Assembly: GCF_009914755.1 (NCBI RefSeq)
Contig: NC_060936.1
Direction: 5' to 3' (one strand)
Source: the human T2T-CHM13v2.0 reference genome, Homo sapiens
DNA length: 64,000 nt
Position 1 is the first letter of the stretch; every line of letters begins with the position of its first letter. Positions 16,801 through 32,629 of this stretch are shown one piece after another. The notes beneath the pieces are model-generated. The model was not told where the DNA came from, did no database searches, and worked only from the letters and a program-made list of their open reading frames with translations. A program made the position numbers and the translations under genes.

Positions 16801-17797
16801 GCTTTGACATTACAAATGCAAACATATTTCAAGTTCTACCAATTATATTTAAAGGAAATCCAGCCTGTCCCTCTTTCAGGGCCCTAATACCATTTCCTTT
16901 TACCCTGACAATAATTTCCAGTGAAGACAGTTTTGCAGATACATGTTATCCAGTCGTTTCCTTAATCCCTTTGGCTTATGTTACTATTATAAAGGTTAGG
17001 CAAAGATAATAAAACTAAAAGGCAAATGCCACACTCACCTTTAATTGGCAAGGAAACATTGCATAAAATGTTTTATAAACACTATCCTGTAACAACAGGA
17101 TAGTAGCCAGGAATTTACATATTTGTTCTTGCTTTTCCCTAAAAAGATTGGCAATTGATTCTGATTTACCTTTGTGTAAACTTCAGCTTTTGATAGTTAG
17201 CAGACTTTTTTTGCGCTGAGCTTGAAGAGTTGGTGGTTTTACTTTTAATTTTTAAGGAAAATAACCACCCTAGTGCCTTTTGATTCTCTGGAAACCCAAG
17301 TCCCGTTTTATTAAAGCCAATTCTTCAGTAAAAGAACATTGGCAAAGGACTATTTTCTGTACTTCTTTCAAAATGACCTTGGGGTCCCATGCATAAAGTT
17401 TTTGGAATTTAAAAAAAAACCCTGGTAATTGATGATTTTAGGTTAAGTGACCAGATTCCCGGCAATCAGATCTTTTAGGCAAAGAAACTCTATTTTTTAT
17501 CTCCAAAACACTCTTTAATAGAACAGGAAACAAACATGAAAGGAAGGCCTAAAGGAAGGTTGGCTGTTTATTCTGGTTATAGTGTTCAGATAATTGTTCC
17601 ATTATTTGCCTCCCTTTTTTGCTAATGCTGATGCCCCAAGAACAATTATTTTGTTCTCTTAGAAGTAGACCGTGGTTTTAGAAGATTTACGCAGTGCGGG
17701 AGAGGTAAACTCATACAAAATCTTTACCTAATATGTTGTGAGTTTACTATCCCATGAGGTTCCATCTCCATCTAAGAAGCGTTTCAAGAGACTTATC

Positions 17798-18096
<299 letters not shown>

Positions 18097-18691
18097 TGTA
18101 TTAGTCCCATTTTAGGCATTACTGCTTGAATGTTTTGCATAAAAAGTGAGTCAGTGATTCATCAGTTTTTCAGGTTATTCTATTGTCGCTTCATTTTGTA
18201 AGTTTCTGGGTTCTATCCGTAATGCTTCATGTCTCAATTGATTTGTTAGAAGAGGAAATTGGTTTCTTGAATTGGTTTGAAAACCTTTAGGATAAAAACT
18301 CAAGTTAAAAATTTTTATCAAGGACATAAATATGTACAAAGCACTGTGTTAGACTTTTGGAAACAGAAAAGAATTTATGATTTAGTAATCTTGATAGAAG
18401 CAAATGAAATAATAAACAGTTGCCTAGGTGAAGCTAATCCTTTGCTTTGAAGATTTTCAGGCTAAATCAACTCATTAAGGGCTGGTCTTATGATTATTAA
18501 AAACATATAATTACCCATGAGGTATGATAGGAGAGGTATTCTGAATATATTCACACATGTGTGCTCCATGTCCCCAGTTCCCCAAGCTCAAGGCCTTGTA
18601 ATTTGGTCTAAAATTTTACAGTTAGGGATTTCATTCCTTTGAGATCTAGTAGATTTTTAGACTTTATGAGCGCTCTATTAAAGTTCAAGAC

Positions 18692-21628
18692 TTTTTTTTT
18701 TTCTCTTTCCAATTTTTATTTTAGGTTCAGAGGGTAAATGTGCAGGTTTGTTACATGGGCAAATTGCATAACATAAGGGTTTGGTGTGCAGATTATTTTA
18801 TTATCCAGGTAACAAGCATGGTACCTGATAGATAGTTTTTCAATCTTCACCCTCCTCCCAGTCTCCACCCTCAAGTAGGCCCAGGTGTCTTTTGTTCCCT
18901 TCTTTGTGTCTATGTGTACTCAATGTTTAGCTCCCACTTATGAGTGAGAACATGTGGTGTTTTCTGTTCCTGTGTTAGTTTGCTTAGGATAATGGCCTCC
19001 AGCTGCATCCACATTGCTACAAAGGGCATTATCTCATTGTTTTTTATGGCTGCATAGAATTCCACAGTGTATATGAACCACATTTTCTTTATACAGTTTA
19101 CTGTTGATGGGCATTTAGGTTGATTCCATGCCTTTGCTATTGTGAATAGTGCTGCAATGAACATACACATGCTTGTGTCTTTATGGTAGAACAATTTATA
19201 TTCCTTTGGCTACATACCCAGCAATGGGATTGCTGGATCAAATGGTAGTGCTGTTTTAAGTTCTTTGAGAACTCTCCAAACTGAATTCCGCAATGGCTGA
19301 ACTAATTCACATTCCTGTGAGCTGTGTATAAGCATTCCCTTTTCTCTGCCACCTTGCTGGCATCTGATATTTTTTGCCTTTTTAGTAATAGCCATTCTGA
19401 CTGGTATGAGATGGTAACTCATTGTGATTTTGATTTGCATTGATCTGACGATCAGTGATGTTGACCATTTTTTCATCTGCTTGTTGACCACATGTAAGTC
19501 ATCTTTTGAAAAGTGTCTCTTCATGTCCTTTACCCATTTGTTAATGTTTTTTTTTTCTTCTTAATTTGTTTAAGTTCCTTATAGGTGCTGGGTATTAGAC
19601 CTTTGTTGGATGCATAATTTGCAAATATTTTCTCCCTTTCTGTAGGTTGTTTACTCTGTTGATAATTTCTTTTGCTGTGCAGAAGCTCTTTAATTAGGTA
19701 CCATTTGTCAATTTTTGTTTTTGTTGCAACTGCGTTTGGGGTCTTCATTATGAAATCTTTTCCAGGGCTGATGTCCAGTATGGTATCTCCTAGGTTTTCT
19801 ATAATTTTAGGCTTTACATTTAAGTCTTTAACCATCTTGGATTGATTTTTGTATATGGTGAAAGGAAGGGGTTTAGCTTCAACCATCTGCACATGGTTAG
19901 CCTATTATCCCAGCACAATTTATTGACTAGAGATTCCTTTCCGCATCGCTTGTTTTTGGCAGCTTTGTCAAAGATCATATGGTTGAAGGTATGCAGTATT
20001 ATTTCTGAGTTCTGTAACCTGTTCCATTGGTCTATGTGTCTGCTTTTGTACCATTACCATGCTGCTTTGGTTACTGTAGCTTTGCAGTGTAGTTTGAAGT
20101 TGGGTAGTATGATGCCTCCGGCTTGGTTATTTTTACTTAGTATTGTTTTTGCTATTCAGGCTCTTTTTTGGTTCCACATGAATTTTAGAATAGGTTTTTC
20201 TAATTTTGTAAAAAATTAGAATTTTTCTAATTCTGTAAAAGTTTGATAGGAATAGCACTGAATCTGTAAATTGCTTTGGGCAGTATGGCCATTTTAACCA
20301 TATTGATTCTTTCTATCCACGAGCATGGAAACTATTTCCATTTGTTTGTGTTGTCTCTGATTTCTTTGAGCAGAGTTTTGTAATTGTTGTTGTAGGGATC
20401 CTTCACCTCCCTGGCTAGCTCTATTCCTAGGTATTTTATTTTTGTTGTGGGTATTGTGAATTGGATTGCGTTCTTGATTTGGCTTTCAGCTTGGATATTG
20501 TTGATATGTAGAAATGCTACTGATTTTTGTACATCATTTTTGTATTCTGAAATTTTGCTGAAGTTGTTTATCAGATCTAGGAGCTTTTGGGCATAGAGCG
20601 TGGGATTTTCTAGGTATAGAATGATATCATCTCCAGAGAGAGAGAGTTTGACTTCCTCTCTTCCTATTTGGATGCCTTTTATTTCTTTCTCTTGCCTGAT
20701 TGCTCTGGCTAGGATTTCCAGTACCACGTGAACAGGAGTGGTGAGAGTGAGCATCCTTGTGCTGTTCTGGTTCTCAAGGGAATGCTTCGAGTGTTTGCCT
20801 ATTTAGTATGATATTGGCTGTGGGTTTGTCATAGATGGTTCTTATTATTTTGAGGTATGTTCCTTCAGTGCCTAGTGGTGGATTAGCAGTAGGTGGGGGA
20901 TACAGGTGAGTGTGTGCCAGCAAAGTGGTGGGGGGAGGCCAGGGGTGGGTGTGCACTGTGGTAGGTGAGGTTAGTCTGTGAAGGAGCTATGGTGGGGCCA
21001 ATGGGAAGTGCTCCCTTCTGGCATCTGACGCTGCCCTGCAAGTGGGTACTGCTGGGCAGAGAACCTGAAAAAGGCGGGCAGACTGTGGGCTACTCAAATC
21101 AGATGGGGCCCATCCCATGGACAAGATAGCCATGTTCTGTCCAGCTCCATCAGTGAACAAAAGTCAAACCACCTGGAGGAGCTTGGCAAGCCTTGGCGGA
21201 TGGGTGTCCCTAGCCAGTGCTCCACCTCAGCTGTTCCATGCCAAACCTTCTGGTCTCATCACAAGCTAGAGTTCTGTCCCTGCCACCTCTCCAAACAGCT
21301 CTGTCAGCTCAAATGTCCACGAGGGTCGTGGGCTCTCCTGCAACTACGAGGTTCTTGGTGAGAGTGGGCCACTCCTCGCCTGTTTAACTCAAACCATGCA
21401 AAGGAGTCGCTGGGGGTCAGGAATGAGTTCTGGTGCTCTGTAGTCCGGTGCAGGGTTCCCAGCTTCCTTCCCCTTCAGCCCAGAGTTTATGTCTTCCTTC
21501 GGTACACTCTCAATGCCTTTCTTATTTGATCTGCTGGGAGTGTACTGGTCTGCTTGATGGTCTTGTCTTGTGGTGGGAGATGCTCTCCTGGCAGTGACTA
21601 GTTGACCACCGTGGCTTTTTCCTGAATC
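18692..21628 (-). mobile_element. L1PA15/16-type LINE-1 with internal deletion (5'UTR 20877-21628 fused to ORF2 C-terminal half and 3'UTR)
   Basis: ORF track gives L1 ORF2 peptides ([60 protein letters not shown]). 15-bp TSD aaagttcaagacttt at 18680-18694 and 21629-21643. Confidence 0.92.
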
Positions 21629-22594
21629 AAAGTTCAAGACTTTGACTACATCTATGTGAGTTTCTAGGAGGGAATACCTTAAAGAGTTTGCTCACACCTA
21701 AGGGAGGAGAGTGGACAGCTAGCTGAGAGCAGCACTGAGGATTGAGAGGCTCTCTGGGATGGAAAGGAACCTGTTTTCTACCTTGGAACTCTTAGTCTTC
21801 CCTTCCTGCATGTGTCTTACCTGAACTTTGAATTTCTTTAAATTTTACTGCAGAACATATTGTTTGCGTTTCACATTTGTTTCCATGTTGCCATATAATT
21901 GCTCCCTAGCTCTGTTGAAAACATATTTTTGTTTTGGACGTGCACGCATGCACTTGTCTCAAACCAAACAACTAACGCAGGAGTGGAGATAGAGATGATC
22001 TCTTGGACTTCGGTGTCTAGTGCAGTAGTAGTTAGAGGTCAGAGTTCAGAATAAATGACTTTTGTGTCCTGTCTGGGAATAGAATTTGACAACGTAGTGA
22101 GTAATTTAGGAAGTGGCAAAGTTGTGTTTCTGTCTCTAAGTCCAGTATTCACTTTCATACCCAAGAAGCTGTCTGTTTTGTTTTGTTCACAGGAAGGAAA
22201 TAAAAGGATCAGGGCCCAGAATATAGGCTTTACCTATTCCATAACTCATCTTAGCTTTTCTGTATGTGTGTAATACAAATTAAACCTTTATTTTCTTCTG
22301 GATATCCTAATCTCTGATTTTTCTTGGAGCTCTGGAGAGATAGCATCCTAATTGCCTAAAACTTGTTTCTCTCAGAATCTCTGTTTTTTCTTCAACCAGT
22401 AGGATTGGGCAGCATTGTGTCAGAAAAGCTGGACATTCTTGTCCGGCTGAGTCTTTGGAGGAAATGCTGTTTTTTATTGATTGACACCACTGGAGAGGAA
22501 CCCCTTGGAAATGACAGATTTGGGATGTAAGGGTTACATTTGCTTTTGTTATGATGTCTGACTTTTATGATCCTTAAGACTGAACTGTTGCCCA

Positions 22595-22632
22595 GCCGAA
22601 ATAGCTCAGTTGGGAGAGCGTTAGACTGAAGA
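22595..22632 (+). pseudogene. tRNA-Phe(GAA) 5'-half tail-less retropseudogene
   Basis: 38 nt gccgaaatagctcagttgggagagcgttagactgaaga match nt 1-38 of vertebrate tRNA-Phe(GAA). No T-arm or B-box. TSD aagactgaactgt at 22576-22588 and 22629-22641. Confidence 0.93.
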
Positions 22633-23089
22633 CTGAACTGTGAAATAATTTTTTATTTGAAATCAGCTCATTTTTTAAATACTTGTAGCTCTTAAAGCGA
22701 TAATTTAATACCACATTAATTATGTTGCAGCAGTAATTGTGTAGGAATGCTAGGCTGTTATGATTGGTATTTCTATGATTGGTATTTATATATTCTTTCC
22801 ATGAGGGTATTTATTATCAGGTTCATTCATAGCAGTGATTTAGAGTACCCCACATCAAGTGTTTTTCTTTGCATCTTTGCCTTCTCCCATTCTCTCCTTC
22901 TCCACTGTCCTTTTCACTACCCTTGTTGGGTCTTTAAGCTGAGGCTGGGGTCATACTGGTTAACGTCTTTGTGCAAATGGATCTCTGACCACATTTCACA
23001 GTGAAATCAGAGAGTTTTGTAGGTTTGTTTAATCTATAGTTGCTTTTGGTTCCTGCTATGAAAATGAACATTTAAAAAATTGGTCAACT

Positions 23090-23437
<348 letters not shown>

Positions 23438-25728
23438 TTATATGATGTAAATAAAAGATTTCCATCTAGCTAAGGGTTCAGTCAGCCTTAAAAAAAAATA
23501 CCTTACTTGCAAAACCAGTTTCCATTCAAGAACCAGGAAGCACCAGAGAGCTTTGATTCACATGTTAATTTTGCATTAGAAGATTAATCTTCACACTCTG
23601 ATTTTATTGAGGCCCAGATGAATCCCATCTCCATGACTATGGCTTGAATTCCAGGAATATAGGCATGCCTTTTTTGTTTTCCTGCTTTTTCACGGATATA
23701 TTTGAAAATCACTGTGGTCTAAATGTTTAATTCTGGAAGAACCAAAGTGATAAAGAGCTGGAATTGCTTTATACTCTACCATCTGTTTTGCCATTTGTCT
23801 TCTGTAAGGAGAGCATTACATCGGGCCTCCCCACCTAGTTCTCTTTGAGGCTCTGATTTAGCACATACCAGAAAGAAATGAACCATATGCAGGTCTTTCC
23901 GGCCAGTGAGATTTTGTTGCCATTTAAAAAAATAACGGTCTTCTATTGAGCAATAAGTTATATCAGAGGGCAATTCACTGGTCTTTATTCCCAATTTGTG
24001 TACAAACTCTGTAGTAAAACATTTGTGAGTATACCATGTGGTGAAATGAAGTTACCTATTGCATAGATAGCAGGCTGTATTTGGATAGGACTTCCTTGTG
24101 TTTGCTTATTTGGTTTACCCTCAAATTGGTTAATGTTTCAAGAGTATTTTAGAAGTGAAACAAGGGAAAACCTAGAAAAATATGATTTCTAAGCCTCTTA
24201 CTTCATAGGGGTACACAGCAGCCTGTGGGTTTAGCTCTATGCATGTGAACACAAAAAGAAGACAGCTGCTAGATACCATAAAATAGTTAAGTTCTCCATC
24301 TGGTTTGCAATATGGGTGAAGATTTGCTGCAAATCTGGGTTGACTGCCATGCCCCAGTTAGTTTACAAATACACTGGTCCTTTTAGTTATAGAACATGAA
24401 GAGTGGTCCTAAGTGCCCAAGTATTAAACTCTTATACAAGCATTCAGCAAAAATGGGGTAAAGATGAAAGCAATACCACTTTATTTAAAATGTGCTCTAC
24501 TTAATTTCTAAAAGTCTGGCAAAGAATAGAAAAATCTTAGGTCTAGTTTAAGTTGGGGATGACAGTGAAATGAAAAGGAACACATATATTTGTGTTACAA
24601 TTGAAGCTGGCATAATACATAAGATTTAGCACTTTGAATATAATGTTTTTTCATTGAGAACATTATTTTTCTTAACAAAACAACCAATATTTTTGTAATT
24701 TATAATTAATATATGACAATCCCTGTAATTCTGGTATCAGAAGATCTGGTAAAATCTAATATGTTCCGTGTGTTGTAAGATTTTTACTTTCTGAATATAA
24801 ATAAAGTCATAGTATCATTGAATGCTTTTATTCATTCAAAATCAGTTATTGAAGCAATCTCTGGGTAGCTGAGGTAATGCTGGCAGTCTAAATTCAAATG
24901 TCTTCACGAATTCTCCAGAAAAACAATAGCGATTTATGAGAAAAAAGAAATCCACGCGAATCCTATGCTTGCAGTATTATTCAAAGACTGAAGGCACTAC
25001 AAATTTCAGATTACTTGAGTGTACAAAAATGAACACCTATTTCCCGTAGAGTTTTCTCTGAAGCTCTGTTGAAAGACTTGTGGACTGTTGTGGGTGGGGT
25101 AAGGGGTCTAAAACATTGCACAGAAGATAGAAGAGGAAATGAGATAAAATCACTTCCAGAAATAGAAGGTCCACCCTAAATTTTTTTTTTAAAAACTGAA
25201 AAAAATTCTAAAAACCAACAGCCATGAAGCAAAAAATATATTCTAAACTGAAATAAATAATCCCAAACATGCACTTCAAGATATTAAAAGGCATCTTGAA
25301 ACAGAAATTCAAAAACTAAGAATAAGAATGAGCAAAAATTGTTCTGTGGTGAGCAGGTGCATGAAATCATACTCCCAAAGGTTGAGGGAGCTGAGAGGCT
25401 GAAGAAAAGAGGTTAACAAATTCAGTTTCTCAACAAGAAATATTTTATAGGGACTCGCCAACAGAAGCAATGTCCTGGGCAATCGGGAGGTGGTGGATCC
25501 CTGCACTCACCCTCCAGAAAGTACTCTTTATAGAACAAGCAATTTACGGTAAAATGCGTGCAGCTGGTTACATCTTCAGACTTTTTTTTGCCACAATATG
25601 TGGCTACTATGTGGATTATATCAGCAGCTTTATGACGAGTAATCTACGCTCCAGGCATTGATGACCTTGCTGCAGAACACCTTGGTAGGTGGGGGTTAAA
25701 CGTCTGTCATCATGGCAGTGTCCCTTCA

Positions 25729-26070
<342 letters not shown>

Positions 26071-26396
26071 TCACTCCTACCATGCAAGAGGCTGTTCTTC
26101 TACAAAAAGAGAAATAAAATTACAGTTGTTTGAATCTAGGAAAGAAAAAGAAGAAACCCAAATATCAGACAGGAAAGACTAAATTCTTAGATATAACAAG
26201 GTACCTAAGAGAAAATATATTTGAATGAAAATTCAGCAAAAGGAAAAGTAGAAAAACAACTAAGAGAGTGAAAATGAAATAATAAAAGAAATAAAAAGGG
26301 TTAGGGTAAAATGATTGGAATGGAAGATAAGCAAAAAAAAAAAAGTTGCTCTAGGCATAACTGGAATTCCAGAAGAACAACAAAATAATGGAATAG

Positions 26397-26786
<390 letters not shown>

Positions 26787-27160
26787 TGAGGCATGTCCTA
26801 GTAAAATTATTTATTTCAAGATAGAGACAAAAATTCTTCATGGCTTTTAGGCAGAAAGGTCAAAGAACAAGATAATTATACTGGCATCAGATTTCTCACA
26901 AGCAACAGAGAAAACAAGGCAACTGAACAGCCTTTTCAAGAAAATCAAGGAAATAAAGTGTGAACCAAAACTTTATATCCAATTAAGCTCTTGTTTAGCT
27001 GTCAAGGCTATAGAAAAGCAATTTTAAACATGACAGAAATGAAGGAACACTCTCCTAAGGAGCTATTTTTGAAGAGTCCACTAGAGGATGATTTTCATCC
27101 AACCAAAAATATGACTGGAAAAACTTTGACAAAAGGACTAATGGTAAGAAATTAATATCT

Positions 27161-27810
<650 letters not shown>

Positions 27811-28032
27811 AAAATTTCTTTTAGTGTTTTAAAAATCTATATTTTGTTCTAGTATTCGGTCTTTTATTGTTTTATGCATATGTTAATGCTCTTGCCCCCT
27901 GTTTTTTTTTTTTTTTTCATTTTTATTTTAAATGAGGTGGGGTTCTTGCTAGGTTGCCTCAAACCTGGCCTCAAGCTATCTTTCAAGTAGCTTCCCAAGT
28001 AGCTTCCCTACTCAAGCTAGCTTCCCAAGTAG

Positions 28033-28368
<336 letters not shown>

Positions 28369-28826
28369 ATGCCTGGCTATTTTTATTAATTTTTTTTTTT
28401 TAATGAGATGGGGTCTGTGTCCCCTGTTTTAAAAATTTACTTTTGCCTTGGTCTGCCAGTTTTTTTTTAAACTTTTCCTTTGGTGCAGCTGGTTTGCCAT
28501 TTTTTAATGGTTTCTTTGACTCTCACCTATTGCTTATATACCAATCAATGAACTTTTTTCTATTTTTACCCTTTCTCTCTATTCTCCTTCAATTTTAATT
28601 AAATTAGTAATTTATTTCTATGTCATCAAAACATACAAGATGTATATATTATGTTCCTGAGCTTATCTCCTTCTATTTTTTCCCTTAAATCTACCTTCAA
28701 TGTATTAATTTTTTACCCTCAGTCCTTTTGCACAAATTTTTCCAGTCATATTTGGTTGGATGAAAATCATCCTCCAGTGGACTTTTTATGGCTCATTAGC
28801 AGAGTGTTCCTTCATTGAGGGGATTT

Positions 28827-28965
28827 GTATTGAGTCTGTTAAAATCCTTACTTTGGTGATTATGCTGTGGTTATGAAAGACAAAATCTTTTTAATTAGGA
28901 AATATACCCTGAAGTTTTTAGGGGCAAAGAACATGATGTCTCAACTTATTCTCAGATAATTCATG

Positions 28966-29003
<38 letters not shown>

Positions 29004-29095
29004 GTAAATAATAGTAATTGTGGAATCTGCTGAAAGGTACATAGAATTTCTTGGAACTTTTTTGTAAATTTGAAATGACATCAAAATTATATAAA
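28827..29095 (+). mobile_element. L1MC4-like 3' end with (CA)n at 28968-28999
   Basis: Reverse complement of the 27161-27300 segment, continuing into 'ttttttgtaaatttgaaat...caaaatt'. Confidence 0.7.
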
Positions 29096-29559
29096 CAACA
29101 AGTGTGGCGCAGGTCCAAGTAGACAGGCAGTGGACTCATGGTGCGTACGTAAGCCCTGTGGCATGTGCTGTCTCAGGGTGACGGGCAGAGGACACCACAC
29201 CCTTCGACAACCTGGGGCAAACAACACAGTGGAGGAGGAAGTACAGTCCTTACTTGCTTCACAACAAGTTGAGGTAGGAGAATCTCACCAGCAAAGTGCC
29301 CCTTGGTGCTACATTAGCGAGTCTGCAGAGGTGGTCACGGCACAGGCCTTGGAGCATAAGCTGTGCTGGGTCAACAGCTGGTAGGAAACATGAAGAGCCA
29401 GGTCAGGGCTTTCTTTGCTGTATAATTCAGAATTCCTGATGTGTTTTCCTTGTTGTTTGGTTCTCTTCTTATAATAAAGAGAACGTATGTACCAGACTAA
29501 AATAAATTTTATATGGAATTTAAAAATCACATACATGTTATTATCTAATATATTTAATA

Positions 29560-29760
29560 GTTTCTATAACTGCTGAATGAGTTGATTATTGCTGCTCTTG
29601 CCACAGGAGGGAAAAATGGGAAAAATGCTCTTGCCACAGGAGGGAAAAATGAGATGATGGATATGTTAATTTATTTCACTATAGTAACCATTTTACTATA
29701 TATGTATCTCATAACAAGTTATAGACCTTAAATATACACAATAAAATTTATTTAAGAAAC
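29560..29760 (+). mobile_element. L1MA-type 3' end
   Basis: 'gagatgatggatatgttaatt...ctatagtaaccattttacta...aaatatacacaataaaatttattt'. Confidence 0.7.
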
Positions 29761-29919
29761 CCAAAACCCTACATCACATTGTACACCTGAAAAATTATCA
29801 TATTATAATTATATAGTTATATATTATAATTATAGTTATATTTACTTTATATAAATAATATACATTTTATATAAAATTTATTAAATTAATTTTAATACAT
29901 TTAATTTAATTTTACTGAC

Positions 29920-30735
29920 TCTCTCATCCACCTAAGCCCTGGCAACCATTGATCTTTTTACTGTCTTCATGATTTTGCCTTTTCCAGAATGTCATGTATA
30001 GCAGTTGGAATCACGAAGTATGTAGCCTTCTCAGATTGGCTTCTTTTACTTAGTAATATGCATTTAAGTTTCCTCCATGTCTTTTCATAGTTTGGTAACT
30101 ATGAAAAGTTTTTTATTGCTGAGTAATATTCCATTGTCTGGTTGTACTGCAGTTTATTTACCCATTATTTTACTGAGGACATCTTGGTTGCTTCTAAGTT
30201 TTGGCAATTATGAATAAGGTTACTATAAACATGCATGTGCAGGCTTTTGTGTAGATGTAAGTTTCCAACTTACTTGGGCAAATACCAAGGAGCACAATTG
30301 CTGGATCATATGGCAAGAGTGTGATTAGTTTTGTAAGAAACTGCTAAACTGTTCCAAAGTGGCCGTAACATTTTACATTCCCATCAGCAATGGATGAGAA
30401 TTCCTGCTGCTCCACATCCTCACCAGCATTTGGTGTTGTCAGTGTTTTAGATTTTGGCCATTCTAATTGGTGTGTAGTGGCACCTCATTGTTTCAACTCA
30501 CATTTTCCTAGTAACATATGATGTTGAGCATCTTTCCATGTGATTACTTGCCATCTTATATCTTCTTTGGCAATGTGTCTGTTCAAAAGTCTTTTGCCAA
30601 TTTTTAATTGAGTTGTTTGTTTTCTGATTGTTGAGTTTTAAGAGTTCTTTGCATATTTTAGATAATAGTGCTTTATCAGATAAGTATTTTGCAAATATTT
30701 TCTCCCAGTCTGAGGTTTGTATTCTCTCTTAAGGA
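29920..30735 (-). mobile_element. L1MB/L1MC 3' region
   Basis: 'ccctggcaaccattgatctttttactgtc...gcaattatgaataa...ccacatcctcaccagcatttggtgttgtcag'. Confidence 0.85.
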
Positions 30736-30756
30736 TTTATGCTTTTTATCAAATCA

Positions 30757-31101
<345 letters not shown>

Positions 31102-32571
31102 TCAGAATGTCTATAGGTAAAAGCAATCCAATTCCTTAAAGAGAAACATCAGCATTCTTGCTTTTCACAGCACAAAGGCGTTTATCCCAAGGTCTTCAAT
31201 AAAGGGGATTTTATGTAATGTAATGAAGAATACTTACCACAGGCTTCTCTTTCCTATGCACCAAACCATGTAATGACCTCGCCTTTGTTTTGAAGGAACC
31301 TCAGAGCATTGACTACTGTGTGTTAAGGTTATAAAGCAGGAAGATATTCCTAGAAATAGAATTTATATAAGAAATCTAAGTTGGCCTTTGCAACTCTTCT
31401 TTTTTTGCTCTCTCTCCCTCTGCTCTTTGTCTTAACCTCGCCTTCCTCTTTTTAATTTCCTCTCTCCCCCACTTCTTTCTTTTTCTTCTTCCATTCTCTA
31501 TATTTAACTATTGAGAGGAAAAGAAAAAGGAAATAGAACTCCTTGTTGAAAAGCTGTCTCAAAAGTCTCTGGAATTGTGTTCTCTCACTTCGCTTCCCAA
31601 GCGAAGGCCTTAGGCTAAAGTTAATGGCGTGGACTTCTATTCACAATCATTGCATGAAATGTGCTGTCTTCCCAAAAAACCTTATGGTAAATATAACTCC
31701 CATGTTTGCAGATGAATTTCTGTATGATCTATTAATATAGATCAATAACATAACATGAATATAGCATCTCAACATCTTTTTCTGCATTCCTTGTCTTTGC
31801 CCGTGCCAGCCACATCGGTGGGCATCTGCTCTGGATGGCACCTGAAGGGCATCTCCCTTCCTAAGGGAAGGGAGAGTGTGGCTCTGCCCTGGAGATGTGG
31901 TGGGGGTTGGACTGTAGGTGTTACTTAGGGCTATGGGAGTTTGAAACATACATGGCCATAGATACGTGGGGGTAATGAGAGATGATTAGGAGTAAGGGAG
32001 AAAGTGTCTGGGCACAAGAGAAATGGTAATTGCATTTATCAGGTTCAGAAAAAGTCCTTAAAAAGTTAGCTGCCCCATGGGATTTGTATCAGAAATCGCC
32101 TTGCCAATGATTTGCTGTAGGGAAACAAAGCTGATGTCTCCATTGTACTGCATTACTACCTCTAATGATATACTGTGTGCCTTTTAGGAAAACAAATAAA
32201 ATTCAGGCCATAGGTTCACTTTAATCTTGTTCTCTGGCTGCTGGAGCTTTTATGGAAACTGTAGTTAGGGCATTTTATATGAACTCCAGAGAGAATGTCT
32301 GAAAGCACATCTCAATAACGATGTATCACCACTAGTTCTGGTGTAGAACATCTAGATAACACCTTCATACTTACCCCTGTTTCCAAACATGAAGGAAGTT
32401 TGGGAACAGCATATTGTCTCTCTGCTCTGCCCATTGGAGTAGACAACCAGGTAACTGTTAGCACAGAAGCCTCCTTTCTCCCTTCGTCCTGCAAACTTGG
32501 TGAGTCCTGGGGAGTGTAGTGAAGAAATAAATATCCCTGGATATTGGTTTAAGCCAGGAGGTGTAGTGTTG

Positions 32572-32629
32572 TTTTCTTTTGATAACTAACAGAATTGCAT
32601 GGCCCCTTCTGTTAGTTATCAAAAGAAAA
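32572..32629. repeat. Perfect 23-bp inverted repeat with 12-nt loop (hairpin/cruciform)
   Basis: ttttcttttgataactaacagaa (32572-32594) is the exact reverse complement of ttctgttagttatcaaaagaaaa (32607-32629). Confidence 0.97.

Noticed and set aside
18910-20956. Reverse-transcriptase-like ORFs
   Set aside because: Frameshifted fragments of a dead L1 ORF2. The catalytic FADD motif reads SGDD.
22595-22670. Functional tRNA-Phe gene
   Set aside because: Identity stops at nt 38. There is no T-arm, B-box or 3' acceptor strand.
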